From contig OZ245002.1 of the NCBI GenBank assembly GCA_965223415.1, positions 608,001 to 672,000 of the forward strand: 64,000 nucleotides of DNA, written 5' to 3'. The position numbers were made by a program, and so were the translations under genes. The notes below the pieces were generated by a model that saw nothing but the letters and a program-made list of their open reading frames with translations, was not told where the DNA came from and did not search any database. Source of the stretch: Myxococcota bacterium (GTDB lineage Bacteria > Myxococcota_A > UBA9160 > UBA6930). Of this stretch, positions 22,082 to 34,471 are shown piece by piece. Each line of letters begins with the position of its first letter. Within the stretch, counting starts at the first letter, position 1.

Positions 22082-23453
22082 ACTGCTCCCGGTAGCGGCG
22101 CACGACCATCATCGCGACCACGTTCAGGGCGAGGGTCACGATGAAGAGGGCGAGCCCGAGGGCGAAGGCGGCCAGGGTCTTGGCGGAATCGAACTCCTGA
22201 TCGCCGACCAGCAGGGTGACGATCTGGACGGTCACGGTCGTCACGGCCTCGAAGGGGTTCGCGGAGAGGTTCGCCGCGAGGCCGGCGGCCATCACCACGA
22301 TCATCGTCTCCCCGATCGCACGGGAGACGGCGAGGAGCACGGCGCCCACGATGCCCGGCAGCGCCGCCGGGAGCACGACCTTGCGAATCGTCTCCGACGG
22401 GGTCGCGCCGAGCCCGAGGGAGCCCTCCCGGAGGCTCTGGGGCACGGCGCTGATCACGTCGTCGGAGAGCGACGACACGAAGGGGATGATCATCACGCCC
22501 ATCACCAGGCCGGCGGCGAGCGCGCTCTCCGAGCTCGCCTCCCAGCCCATGCGCTCGCCGAGGGCGCGGATCACGGGGCCGACGGAGAGCGCCGCGAAGA
22601 AGCCGTAGACCACGGTCGGGATGCCGGCCAGGATCTCGAGCAGCGGCTTCACCAGGGCGCGGGTGGCGGGCTTCGCGTAGTCGGAGAGATAGACCGCCGA
22701 GAGCAGCCCGACCGGCACGGCCACGGCCATGGCGATCGCGGTGATGAGCAGGGTGCCGGCGAAGACCGGCACGGCGCCGAAGGCGCCGGAGGAGCCGACT
22801 TGGTCGGCGCGGATCGCGGTCTGCGGGCTCCACTCGAGGCCGAACAGGAATTCGCGGACCGGGACGAGGGCGAAGAAGCGGAGCGCCTCGAAGATCAGCG
22901 AGAGCACGATGCCGATCGTCACGAGGATCGCGACGCCGGAACAGGCGGCGAGGAAGCCGCGCACGATGCGCTCGACCCGGTTGCGCGCCCGCAGCTCCGG
23001 CCGGATGCGCGCGCGAGCCCAACTGAGGCCGCCGACCGCCAGGGAGAGCGCCGCCCCCGCCAGGGCGAGCCCGCCGACCCGCCGCACCTGCTGCACCCGA
23101 AGGGCGGCGGCGCGGAGCTCCGGGGTCGTCTCCCGACCGATCGCCTCTCCCGCCGCCAGAGCGCGGGCATCGCGCACGAAGAGCTCGAGCCGTTCGGGGG
23201 GCAGCCCCTCCACGGCGGGTCCGGCCTCGGCCGCAGCCTGCCACCCGGCGAGCGCCGGCTCGAAGAGCAGCCACGTCACCAGCAACGCGAAGGCGGGCAC
23301 AGCAGCCCAGAGCGCCACCCAGTGCCCGTAGTAGGCGGGCCGGGAGTGAAGCACCCGAGCATCCCCCGATGCCACCGCGAGGGCCCGTCGGCGGCCCAGC
23401 ACGAAGGCGGCGGCCGTGAGCAGGAGGAGCGCGGCGGTGAGGGGAAGCATCAT
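22074..23453 (-). CDS. pstC: phosphate ABC transporter permease
   Basis: LEILAGIPTVVYG, SRAIGETMIV. Confidence 0.95.
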   Translation of the reverse strand: MMLPLTAALLLLTAAAFVLGRRRALAVASGDARVLHSRPAYYGHWVALWAAVPAFALLVTWLLFEPALAGWQAAAEAGPAVEGLPPERLELFVRDARALAAGEAIGRETTPELRAAALRVQQVRRVGGLALAGAALSLAVGGLSWARARIRPELRARNRVERIVRGFLAACSGVAILVTIGIVLSLIFEALRFFALVPVREFLFGLEWSPQTAIRADQVGSSGAFGAVPVFAGTLLITAIAMAVAVPVGLLSAVYLSDYAKPATRALVKPLLEILAGIPTVVYGFFAALSVGPVIRALGERMGWEASSESALAAGLVMGVMIIPFVSSLSDDVISAVPQSLREGSLGLGATPSETIRKVVLPAALPGIVGAVLLAVSRAIGETMIVVMAAGLAANLSANPFEAVTTVTVQIVTLLVGDQEFDSAKTLAAFALGLALFIVTLALNVVAMMVVRRYREQYD

Positions 23454-23515
23454 GGAACGTCCGAGGGCGCCCCTCCCGGAGGAAGAGGCGCCCGGAGGTG
23501 CGGAATGTGACGGAC

Positions 23516-24550
23516 CTAGTTCAGGCTCAGCAGCACCAAGCCCCGGGCCGCATCGCGCACGAGCTTGCGTTGGGCCGCCGGCAGCGGGATCAGGCCCTTG
23601 TCGGCGAGGTAGCCCTCGTCGCCTGCGGCCCGTTCGCTGGTGAACTCACCCACGAACTCCTGGATGCCCGGCACCACGTCGATGTGGGCCTTCTTGACGT
23701 ACAGGTAGAGCGAGCGGGACACGCCGTACTCGCCGGCCGCGATCTTCTCGAAGGTGGGCTCAGTGCCTCCGACCAGGCTGCCCTGGATCTTGTCCGCGTT
23801 CTGGTCGAGGAACGAGAAGCCGAAGATGCCGAGGGCGTTCGGGTTGGCCTCGAGCTTCTGGACGATGAGGTTGTCGTTCTCGCCGGCTTCCACGTAGTGG
23901 CCGTCCTCGCGGATCGCGTGGGCCACCGCCTTGAACGCCTTCTCGTCCGCCTCCTTCATCTCGGCCAGCATCGGGATGGCCTGGGCGCCGCCCTCCATCG
24001 CCAGCTCGACGAAGGCATCCCGGGTGCCGGAGGTGGGCGGCGGGCCGAGCACCTCGATCTTGACGGTGGGGAGCGAGGCATCGATGTGGCTCCACAGGGT
24101 AGAGGGGTTGTCCACGAGCTTGCCGTCCACCGGCACCTGTTTGGCGAGGGCCCGGAAGACCTGCTCCTTGGTCAGCGAGTAGCGGGCCGCGGCCTTGGAA
24201 TTGGCCAGCACGATGCCGTCGAAGCCGATCTTCACCTCGACGATGTCGTTCACGCCGCCCTTGGCGCAGCGCTCCACCTCGGAGGCCTTGATCCGGCGCG
24301 AGGCGTTGGTGATGTCCGGATGCTGGGTCCCGACCCCTCCGCAGAAGAGCTTCAGGCCGCCGCCGGAGCCCGTGCTCTCGACGACCGGCGTCTTGAAGTC
24401 CGTGGTCTTGCCGAACTGCTCGGCCACGGCGGTCGAGAATGGGAAGACCGTGGAAGAGCCGACGATGCGGATCTGGTCGCGCGCCTGGGCGGCGCCGGCG
24501 AAGAGCAGGACGGCGGCCGCGAGGGCCAGGGGCGAGCTGGTGAGCTTCAC
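23516..24550 (-). CDS. pstS: phosphate ABC transporter substrate-binding protein
   Basis: Signal peptide, GSSTVFP, STGSGGG, SGTRDAF. Confidence 0.93.
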   Translation of the reverse strand: MKLTSSPLALAAAVLLFAGAAQARDQIRIVGSSTVFPFSTAVAEQFGKTTDFKTPVVESTGSGGGLKLFCGGVGTQHPDITNASRRIKASEVERCAKGGVNDIVEVKIGFDGIVLANSKAAARYSLTKEQVFRALAKQVPVDGKLVDNPSTLWSHIDASLPTVKIEVLGPPPTSGTRDAFVELAMEGGAQAIPMLAEMKEADEKAFKAVAHAIREDGHYVEAGENDNLIVQKLEANPNALGIFGFSFLDQNADKIQGSLVGGTEPTFEKIAAGEYGVSRSLYLYVKKAHIDVVPGIQEFVGEFTSERAAGDEGYLADKGLIPLPAAQRKLVRDAARGLVLLSLN

Positions 24551-24592
24551 GGGGATTCCTCCGATCGGGTGTTTTCGTTCGCGTTCGTGGGG

Positions 24593-24649
24593 ACCCTAGG
24601 CGCCGGGGCTGACCCCCCGGTGACGCGTTCTTGACGAAACCGTGACATC
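24593..24649 (-). promoter_or_regulatory. Pho boxes and -10 of pstS
   Basis: TGAC at 24610, 24621, 24632, 24643 (GTCA on minus, 11-bp period); TAGGGT -10 at 24598-24593. Confidence 0.8.
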
Positions 24650-24664
24650 CGACCGGGCCGGGTC

Positions 24665-25942
24665 CTAGAACTTCACCACGATGTCGGTCTGCAGACGCAG
24701 CCGGTCCGCGTTTCCGACGGACCGGGCGAAGACCGGCAGGCCGCTCCGCAGCTCCTGGCTGGAGAAGAGCGTCAGGTTCAGGTCCGTGCCGGGCAGGATC
24801 TGCCGGGACCCGTAGACGGTGAAGCCCTTGCGGTTGGTGAAGCCGTCGAAGAGGTCGCTGTCCGTGAACTGGGCCGGAAAGTAGTTCGCCTCGGCCTCGT
24901 AGTAGCCGAAGCCGAGCTTCACGAACTCCTTCTTGTCGCCCACCTCGACGCCGACGCCCCACGCCGTGTCCTCGTCGCTGCCCGTGAAGGTCGAGACCGT
25001 GCCCGCGTCGAGGTTGCGCGCGTAGTGACCGAAGAGGAGGACCGGCCAGCTCTCCACACCCTTGTAGCGGGCGTAGGCGGCGATCTCGACGACCCGGTAG
25101 TCGTCGTCGGTGACCGCGCCCGCCCCGGCGGTGCGGGTGACGAAGGCTTCGTTCAGGGACGCAAAGCTGTAGAAGCTGCCGCGCACCCCGAAGTCCACGA
25201 GCTCGCTCGGCGTGAGGTCCAGGCCGCCCTGGAACGCGGTCAGGTGGGGGTCCTCGGAGCGCGAGTTCTCGTCGAGGACGTAGTAGCCCGCGGTGACGTA
25301 GCCCTTCATCGCGTCGCTGAAGCCGTGGGTCAGCATCACGGCCCCGCCCTCGGGGTTGATGTCATGGTCCCAGAGCAGGTAGTCCTTGCCGTTCTTCCAG
25401 GTGAAGGGGTTCTTGGTCTTGCCGACCATGGCCGAAACGCCGGTCGCCTCGCCCAGCCAGCTCTTCGGCGCCTGGAACTGCGCGTAGGCCTGGTCGATGA
25501 AGATGTCGTCCGGATCGAAGTCGTTGCCGCTTCCGAAGCTCTTGTTGGTGCTCCGGATGTCGCCGGTGCCGGAGGCCAGGCGGAAGACCACGTCCGTATG
25601 GTCGTTCACCGTCGCCTTGCCCTGGATCCGCAGGCGGTAGCGACCCCGGGCCCGGTTGGCCCGGTCGACGCCGAGATCGTCCCGGTCGTACCAGAAGTTC
25701 TCGAGCCGGGCGCGGAAGTCACCGGTCCACTCGATCCGGCCGAGCAGCCCGGCGTGCTCCTCCTCGTAGGCATCGTTCTTCGAGACCAGCTCCGCGTGCT
25801 TGGCCTCGTCGATGATCCCGCGCTCGCGCAGCACCTCGAGCACTTCGCCGATCACGGGCTCCTCGGCCCGTGCCGGCGCCTCCATCCCCAGGAACAGAGC
25901 CAGCGCGGCGATCGCCGCGCCCGCATGAGACAGACACTTCAA
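24665..25942 (-). CDS. putative outer-membrane porin (phosphate-regulated)
   Basis: Signal peptide, GDFRAR, alternating beta strands, C-terminal Phe; lies inside the pho cluster. Confidence 0.8.
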   Translation of the reverse strand: MKCLSHAGAAIAALALFLGMEAPARAEEPVIGEVLEVLRERGIIDEAKHAELVSKNDAYEEEHAGLLGRIEWTGDFRARLENFWYDRDDLGVDRANRARGRYRLRIQGKATVNDHTDVVFRLASGTGDIRSTNKSFGSGNDFDPDDIFIDQAYAQFQAPKSWLGEATGVSAMVGKTKNPFTWKNGKDYLLWDHDINPEGGAVMLTHGFSDAMKGYVTAGYYVLDENSRSEDPHLTAFQGGLDLTPSELVDFGVRGSFYSFASLNEAFVTRTAGAGAVTDDDYRVVEIAAYARYKGVESWPVLLFGHYARNLDAGTVSTFTGSDEDTAWGVGVEVGDKKEFVKLGFGYYEAEANYFPAQFTDSDLFDGFTNRKGFTVYGSRQILPGTDLNLTLFSSQELRSGLPVFARSVGNADRLRLQTDIVVKF

Positions 25943-25963
25943 GGGAGTTCCTCCTTCGGCCGC

Positions 25964-26020
25964 ACGCTAACCAGCCCCGGGAGGGGCCAGGTGACGAACG
26001 CGTTACGAAGGAGTGACGTT
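25964..26020 (-). promoter_or_regulatory. Pho box and -10 of the porin gene
   Basis: TGAC/TTAC/TGAC at 25992, 26003, 26014; TAGCGT -10 at 25969-25964, same spacing as at pstS. Confidence 0.7.
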
Positions 26021-27382
26021 GTCCGACGCGGGATCGAAGCCGGGGAGCGTGAAGCGGAAGACCGTGCCGGCGCCCTCCTCGGACTCTGCGTCGACGTCGC
26101 CGTCCATGGCCTGGACCAGGTGCTTGACGATGGCCAGGCCGAGGCCCGTGCCGCCCAGATCCCGTGTGCGCGCCTTGTCGACCCGGTAGAAGCGCTCGAA
26201 GATGCGGGCGAGATCGCCGTCGGGAATGCCCATCCCGGTGTCGCGGACGGCGACCTGGACGCGGCCGCTCGCCCGCGCCACCTCGACGACCAGCCGATCG
26301 CCGGGCTCGCTGTACTTGATGGCGTTGTCCAGGAGGTTCAGCAGGATCTGCTCCACGGCGCGGCGATCGGCGAGCGCGAGCAGGTCCCCCTCGGCCTCGA
26401 CCCGGGCCTCGAGGCCCTTGGCATCGATGCGGGGCTTGAGATCCCGCATCAGCGCCCGCGCCACGTCGCCGATCGCCACCTCGACGAGGCGGAGCGGCTC
26501 GCGCCGGCCCTCGATGCGCGAGAGCTCGAGCAGATCGTCGATCAGAGCAGAGAGCCGGCCCGCGTGGCGGACGATCACCTCGGTGTACTGGGTGCGCTGC
26601 TCGTCGTCGAGGCGCTCGTGCAGGAGCGTCTCGGCGAAGCCCCGAATGGCCGTCAGCGGGGTCTTGAGCTCGTGGGACACGTTGGCCACGAACTCGCGGC
26701 GCACGCGCTCGAGCCGACGCAGCTCGGTCTGGTCGTGGAAGACCGCCACCGTGCCGAGGGCGGGGCCCTCGCCGGGGAAGCGCACGGCGTGCATCTGGAG
26801 GAAGCGCTCGTCGTCGCCGCCGAGGGCGAACTCGCGGGTGACCGGCCCGTGGCTTGCCGCGGCCTCCTCGAGGGCGGTCGCCAGGTCGTCGCGGCGGATC
26901 AGCTCCAGCGGCCGGCGACCCACCACGTCGCCCCAGGCGTCGAAGAGCTCCCGCAGGCGGGGGTTCGCGAGCACCACGCGCCCTTCCGCGTCGAGCACCA
27001 GCACGCCCTCGACCATGCTCTGCAGCATGGCCTGGAGGCGCTCGCTCCCCCCGATCTCCTGGGCCAGGGCCGCGCGGTGCTGCTCGGAGAGGTGATCCAC
27101 CGAGCGGGCGACGTCGCCGAGAGCGTCGCGCGACCGCCAGGGCAGGCGGCGGGCGGGCTCGCCCCTCGCCATGCGGTCGAGGGCCTCGCGCACCGAGCCG
27201 AGGGGCCCGTGCAGGAAGCGAGCCGCCACCAGCGTGGCCAGCACGGCGAGCCCGAATCCGGCCGCGCCGATCGGGAGCCAGGCAGAGCCCACGGGCGCCT
27301 CGTGGAGGATGGCCGCGACCAGCAGCACCGCCGCGACCAGCCCCAGCTGCAGGGCGAAGATCCTGCCGGCGAGCTGCCTCAC
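26003..27382 (-). CDS. phoR: phosphate regulon sensor kinase
   Basis: TM-HAMP-PAS, FVANVSHELKTPLT, NLLDNAIKYS, FERFYRVDKAR, GGTGLGL. Confidence 0.93.
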   Translation of the reverse strand: MRQLAGRIFALQLGLVAAVLLVAAILHEAPVGSAWLPIGAAGFGLAVLATLVAARFLHGPLGSVREALDRMARGEPARRLPWRSRDALGDVARSVDHLSEQHRAALAQEIGGSERLQAMLQSMVEGVLVLDAEGRVVLANPRLRELFDAWGDVVGRRPLELIRRDDLATALEEAAASHGPVTREFALGGDDERFLQMHAVRFPGEGPALGTVAVFHDQTELRRLERVRREFVANVSHELKTPLTAIRGFAETLLHERLDDEQRTQYTEVIVRHAGRLSALIDDLLELSRIEGRREPLRLVEVAIGDVARALMRDLKPRIDAKGLEARVEAEGDLLALADRRAVEQILLNLLDNAIKYSEPGDRLVVEVARASGRVQVAVRDTGMGIPDGDLARIFERFYRVDKARTRDLGGTGLGLAIVKHLVQAMDGDVDAESEEGAGTVFRFTLPGFDPASDNVTPS

Positions 27383-28062
27383 CCGTCCGAGAACCGGTAG
27401 CCGACCCCTCGCACCGTCTCGATCAGATCACCGGCCGAGCCGAGCTTCTCGCGCAGCCGCTTCATGTGCGTGTCGATGGTGCGCTCGGTGACGGTGATGT
27501 CGGTGCCCCAGACCCGGTCGAGGAGCGTCTGCCGGCTCATCACCCGGCCGGGCCGCTCCATCAGGGTCGCGAGGAGTCGGAACTCCTTGGCGGTCAGCTC
27601 GACCAGGACGCCGTCCACCTCGCAGCGGTGCCGCTCCGCGTCGAGCCGCAGGCCGCCCTGCTCGAGGGGGCGCGCCGGCGGCGGCTCCTTGCGGGTCCGG
27701 CGCAGGATCGCGCCCACCCGCAGGGCCAGCTCCCGGGGGCTGAAGGGCTTCGCCACGTAGTCGTCGGCGCCGAGCTCGAAGCCCACCACCCGATCCACCT
27801 CCTCCCCTTTGGCCGTGAGCATCAGGATCGGCAGGTCCGCCAGGGCGGCGTCGGCCCGGATCTGCCGGCATACCTCGGTGCCTGGAAGGTCCGGGAGCAT
27901 CAGGTCGAGCACCAGCAGGTCCGGCGGTCGCCTCCGGACCTGCTCGAGGCCGTCCCGGCCCGACACACAGACGCTCACGTCGTAGCCGGCCTGGGAAAGA
28001 TGGAAGCGAACCAGCTCGAGGAGGTCCGGCTCGTCGTCGACGATCAGGACGCGCGGAGCCAT
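27379..28062 (-). CDS. phoB: phosphate regulon response regulator
   Basis: VDDE, LDLMLP, GADDYVAKPFSP, OmpR wHTH ETVRGVGY; context. Confidence 0.9.
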   Translation of the reverse strand: MAPRVLIVDDEPDLLELVRFHLSQAGYDVSVCVSGRDGLEQVRRRPPDLLVLDLMLPDLPGTEVCRQIRADAALADLPILMLTAKGEEVDRVVGFELGADDYVAKPFSPRELALRVGAILRRTRKEPPPARPLEQGGLRLDAERHRCEVDGVLVELTAKEFRLLATLMERPGRVMSRQTLLDRVWGTDITVTERTIDTHMKRLREKLGSAGDLIETVRGVGYRFSDG

Positions 28063-28207
28063 GCCCGGAGGGTAGCCACCCCGCGGGAGGGAGGGGCCTT
28101 CGCCCGGGGCGCCCGGCGCGTTCTTCCCGGGCCTGCCATCGGCGCGTCACCGAGCCGTCACCGATTGCCCGGGCCCGAGATTGCCGGGGGCGCTCGCCTC
28201 GGGCCGG

Positions 28208-29173
28208 CTACCAGGGCGCCCACATGTAGAGGAAGGCGGGCTGGGATCGGCTCTGGATCAGCTCCATCAGGCCTCCCGGCCCCGCGCTCGGCGTCTGGCT
28301 GGAGAACAGGTTCTCGCGGGTCTCCCCGGTTCGGTGGTAGACCACCACCCGCGCCTGCTCGAGGCCCGCCCGCTTCCGGGTGGCCGCCACCGCGTCCGGC
28401 AGGTCGCCGATGGCGTCGACGAGGCCGGCCTCCTTCGCCTGGGTGGCGCTGTAGATGCGGCCGTCGGCCAGGGCCTGGACGGCGGCCCGGTCGAGGTTCG
28501 GGCGGCCCTGGTCGACCACGTCGAGGAAGCCCTCGAACAGATCGGCCAGGATCGTCTCGAGCTGGGCCTGCTCCTCGGGGCGCATGGGGCGGAGCGGCGA
28601 GCCGGCGTCCTTGAAGGCGCCGGTGGTGAGCGTCTGGTTCGTCACGCCGACCTTCTCGAGGAGTCCGGCGACGTTTACGCCCGCCATGATCACGCCGATC
28701 GAGCCGGTGACGGCGCTCGGGTAGGCCCGCACCTCGTCGGCGGCCATCGCCACGTAGTAGCCGCCGGAGGCGGCGGTGCCCATGAACTGGGCGACGACCG
28801 GCACCTCGCGCTCGCGCTTGAAGCGCTGGATCTCGCGGTAGAGGATCTCGCTCGCGATCACCGTGCCGCCGGGGCTGTCGATGCGCAGCAGCAGGGCCTC
28901 GATCGCGTCGTCGTGGACCGCCCGCTCGAGCTGCTCGCGCACCCGGGCGACGATGCTCTCGCGGCCGCCGATGCCGAAGCGCCCGGGCTGGCCGCGGGTG
29001 GAGAGGGTGCCCGAGAGCTCGAGCATCAGGATCTTCGCGTCGCCCTCGCCGTGGACGGTGCGCTCGACGAACTCGCCGCCCCCGAGGAGCGGCACCTCCA
29101 GGGTGATGCAGCCGCTCGCGAGGAGCGACAGCCCGAAGACGAAGGCCAGAGCGATGCGCGTGGTGCCGATCAT
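28208..29173 (-). CDS. sppA: signal peptide peptidase (S49), lipoprotein
   Basis: Lipobox LASGC, RIDSPGG, AASGGYYVA, TGSIGV, KDAGSP. Confidence 0.9.
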   Translation of the reverse strand: MIGTTRIALAFVFGLSLLASGCITLEVPLLGGGEFVERTVHGEGDAKILMLELSGTLSTRGQPGRFGIGGRESIVARVREQLERAVHDDAIEALLLRIDSPGGTVIASEILYREIQRFKREREVPVVAQFMGTAASGGYYVAMAADEVRAYPSAVTGSIGVIMAGVNVAGLLEKVGVTNQTLTTGAFKDAGSPLRPMRPEEQAQLETILADLFEGFLDVVDQGRPNLDRAAVQALADGRIYSATQAKEAGLVDAIGDLPDAVAATRKRAGLEQARVVVYHRTGETRENLFSSQTPSAGPGGLMELIQSRSQPAFLYMWAPW

Positions 29174-29303
29174 GTCGGATCCTCCGAAACGCCAGAGTCT
29201 GGAGCTTCCCGAAACGAGAGCGCGGAGCCAGGCCACGAGGACCTGACTCCGCGCTCCGCGACGTCTCTCACCCCCCTGATCGAGACGCCGCATGATGCTG
29301 CGC

Positions 29304-32123
<2,820 letters not shown>

Positions 32124-32139
32124 ATTCTTCCCCTGTCTT

Positions 32140-32184
32140 CCCGTGTGTCCCGTGTGTCCCGTGTGTCCCGAGTTTCCCGTGTGT
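32140..32184. repeat. 9-bp tandem repeat (CCCGTGTGT) x5, one copy degenerate
   Basis: Seen directly, just upstream of the probable nrdJ RBS. Confidence 0.85.
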
Positions 32185-32469
32185 GCATCCAGCGCCGCTG
32201 GTGGTTCCGCCCTCGACCCTGCGTCGGTCCCCGAGGCCGAAGCGCCGCGCCGCGGTGACCGACGGAGAATCGAGGTCCGGAGACGAGAGAGGCCCCGGGT
32301 AGAACCCGGGGCCCCCGAGCCAGGGCAGGTCCTCCTTCCCGCCGCAAGCTCACTTCCCTCCGGCAACCGCCTGTTTTCGAACCCCCCAGGCCACCGGAAG
32401 GAGATCATCCCCGTGGAGACTGTCTTAGCTGGAACGCCCTCCGCGAGTCAACGAAAAAGATGCGCTCAA

Positions 32470-32517
32470 CCACCAAATCTGGTGTTGGTCTGCCGAGAGT
32501 ACCACAAGGGCTCGTGT
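32470..32517. promoter_or_regulatory. tandem NrdR boxes
   Basis: CCACCAAATCTGGTGT (32470) and weaker CCACAAGGGCTCGTGT (32502), 32 bp apart; fit acaCwAtATaTwGtgt. Confidence 0.75.
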
Positions 32518-32646
32518 TCCAAGGGGTTTTGGAGCGAAAGCGAGCTGCCGTGGGGGACCGGCGAGCGGCCCGACCCGCAGGGGATTGCCTTAACCACCCG
32601 ATTGCAAAGACTTAACGCGTCGCGCTAACGCGTCGCGTCGAAGCGC

Positions 32647-33378
32647 TCAGCGGTGCCGGTTGTGGATCCAGACCCGAGCAGCGCCGCCGCCGTCGGGGAT
32701 CCGCTTCACCGCCAGGGCGACCCGGTTGTCCCGGTCCAGGGCGTCCCAGTAGCGGGCCGCCACCGCCTCGGCGTCGCCCTCCAGGGGGAGCCACAGGGGA
32801 TCGCCGCGGAACGGAGGGAGGGGAGAGCCGTCGCCCTGGTAGGTGGTAAGGCCCAGGCCGAGCCCGGCCGGCGGCGGCGCGGGACGGTAGGTCGTGCGAT
32901 CGGTGGCGGCGGGATCCGCTTCGTTGGCGCGCAGGACCGAGAGCGCCAGGGCCGGCGCGGCCTCGCGCAGGTCGAGCATGCCGCTGATGCGGGGCGTGTA
33001 GTTGGGAGCGTCCGGCTCCCGCTCGCGGGTGGCGAGGGCCGCCTCGAAGCTGCCGCCGCTCGCCAGGGCGTCGGCGACGGTGCGGGTCTGGTCGCCATTG
33101 GTGACGAGATGGACCCCCGGGAGCTCGAGCATCGCCTCGTAGATGATGAGGGAGGGGTCCTCGACGGCGCTGGCGTCGTGGGGCTCGGTGCGCAGCGTCC
33201 CGCCCTCGGCGACGAACACCCGGTTCCGGCTGTTCGGGCTGCGGCCCATGATCCAGTAGACCTGCAGCCAGGCCCGATCGGACGCCTCGCGCCCGATCAC
33301 GAGGCCGCGGCCGGGATAGGTGTTCTGCTCCAGGTGCCCCACGAAGCCCGCCTTGGCCTGGGCCGCGAGATCGCTCAT
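32647..33378 (-). CDS. IMP cyclohydrolase-like protein (PurO-type)
   Basis: YPGRGLVIG, YWIMGRSPNSRNR, DPSLIIY, TNGDQT, EPDAPNYTPRISG. Confidence 0.85.
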   Translation of the reverse strand: MSDLAAQAKAGFVGHLEQNTYPGRGLVIGREASDRAWLQVYWIMGRSPNSRNRVFVAEGGTLRTEPHDASAVEDPSLIIYEAMLELPGVHLVTNGDQTRTVADALASGGSFEAALATREREPDAPNYTPRISGMLDLREAAPALALSVLRANEADPAATDRTTYRPAPPPAGLGLGLTTYQGDGSPLPPFRGDPLWLPLEGDAEAVAARYWDALDRDNRVALAVKRIPDGGGAARVWIHNRHR

Positions 33379-33385
33379 GCCCCGC

Positions 33386-34072
33386 TCACTCCGGCAGCCC
33401 GGTGAGCCGCCAGCCCAGGCCCTCGGGCACCTTGTAGCGGATGTTGAGGCCGATCAGCAGCGCCGTGATCTCCTCGACGATCTTCGCGTTCGAGAGCGGC
33501 CCACCGTGGATGGCGCGCAGGCCGGGAACCAGCGCGCACAGGCCGGAGACGGTCTCTCGCGCGTCCTTCGGGCCGGAGACCAGCACGTCGCACTCCACCG
33601 GATCGGCCAGGTGCTGGAGGCGGTGGGCCGAGACGTTCTGGAAGGCGGACACCACGTCCACGCCCTTCGGGACCAGGCCCTGGACCATCTCGGCGGCGGA
33701 GCCCTGCCAGATGCCGAGGGTGCGCACGGCGCCGTCGCCGATGGCCGTCGCCAGCGGCACCGCCATCGAGACGACGATCTGCCCGGGCTGGAGCGCCTCC
33801 TTGATCGTCTTGACCGTGCCCGCCGTGTGCTCGAAGGGCACGGAGAGGATCACGATCCGGGCCTTGGGCGTGGCCTCGGCGTTCTCGTAGCCGACGACGT
33901 CGGCGTCCGGGACCTGCTGCTTCACCTCGTCGGCGGCGGTCACCGCGCGGTCGGCCTTGCGCGAGCCGATCACGACCGGGCGGCCGGCCTGGGCGAAGCG
34001 CAGGGCGAGGCCGAGGCCCTGGTCGCCGGTGCCGCCGAGGATGGTGATGGCGTCGGGGTTCGGTGTGGTCAT
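33386..34072 (-). CDS. npdG: NADPH-dependent F420 reductase
   Basis: LGGTGDQGLGLALRFA, IGSR, SAAE, SAFQNVSA, ITALLIGLNIRYK. Confidence 0.88.
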   Translation of the reverse strand: MTTPNPDAITILGGTGDQGLGLALRFAQAGRPVVIGSRKADRAVTAADEVKQQVPDADVVGYENAEATPKARIVILSVPFEHTAGTVKTIKEALQPGQIVVSMAVPLATAIGDGAVRTLGIWQGSAAEMVQGLVPKGVDVVSAFQNVSAHRLQHLADPVECDVLVSGPKDARETVSGLCALVPGLRAIHGGPLSNAKIVEEITALLIGLNIRYKVPEGLGWRLTGLPE

Positions 34073-34099
34073 GGGGGGCGCAGGCTAGCATCCGCCCGG

Positions 34100-34414
34100 A
34101 TGTCCGACGACGCAGCCACACCGGCCACGACACCGACGGAGATCGCCCAGGCCGGCCCCCGCGAGCTCCGCATCACCTGGGCCGACGGCGCCGTCCTCAG
34201 CTACGACGTTCGCGGGCTGCGCCTGGCCTGCGGCTGCGCCCAGTGCGTCGACGAGTGGACCGGCGAGGGCCGGCTCGACCCCGCCTCCGTCCCCGACGAC
34301 GTCCACCCCCTGCGCATCGAGCCCGTGGGCCGCTACGCCCTCCAGATCCACTGGAGCGACGGCCACGACACCGGCATCTACCCCTACCGCCGCCTCCGCC
34401 ACCTCACCGAGTGA
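34100..34414 (+). CDS. DUF971 domain protein
   Basis: LRLACGCAQC, VGRYALQIHWSDGHDTGIY. Confidence 0.88.
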   Translation: MSDDAATPATTPTEIAQAGPRELRITWADGAVLSYDVRGLRLACGCAQCVDEWTGEGRLDPASVPDDVHPLRIEPVGRYALQIHWSDGHDTGIYPYRRLRHLTE

Positions 34415-34416
34415 GT

Positions 34417-34470
34417 CAGGGACCGGCTCCCGTGTTGCGTTAGGGGCCGGTTCCGTTTGTTGCGTTGTCG
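34417..34470. repeat. short dispersed repeat, copy 1 (internally tandem)
   Basis: 34433-34470 matches 48489-48526 at 34/38 positions; exact core GTTAGGGGCCGGTTCCGTTTGTT. Confidence 0.8.
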
Positions 34471-34471
34471 G

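Noticed and set aside
32124..32460. Cobalamin riboswitch ahead of nrdJ
   Set aside because: No recognisable B12-box core by eye; an Rfam scan would settle it.
32613..32638. 13-bp tandem duplication TAACGCGTCGCG(C/T)
   Set aside because: Only two copies, with no evident function.
34417..34470. Possible mini-CRISPR
   Set aside because: Units are adjacent with no spacers, and no cas genes are present.
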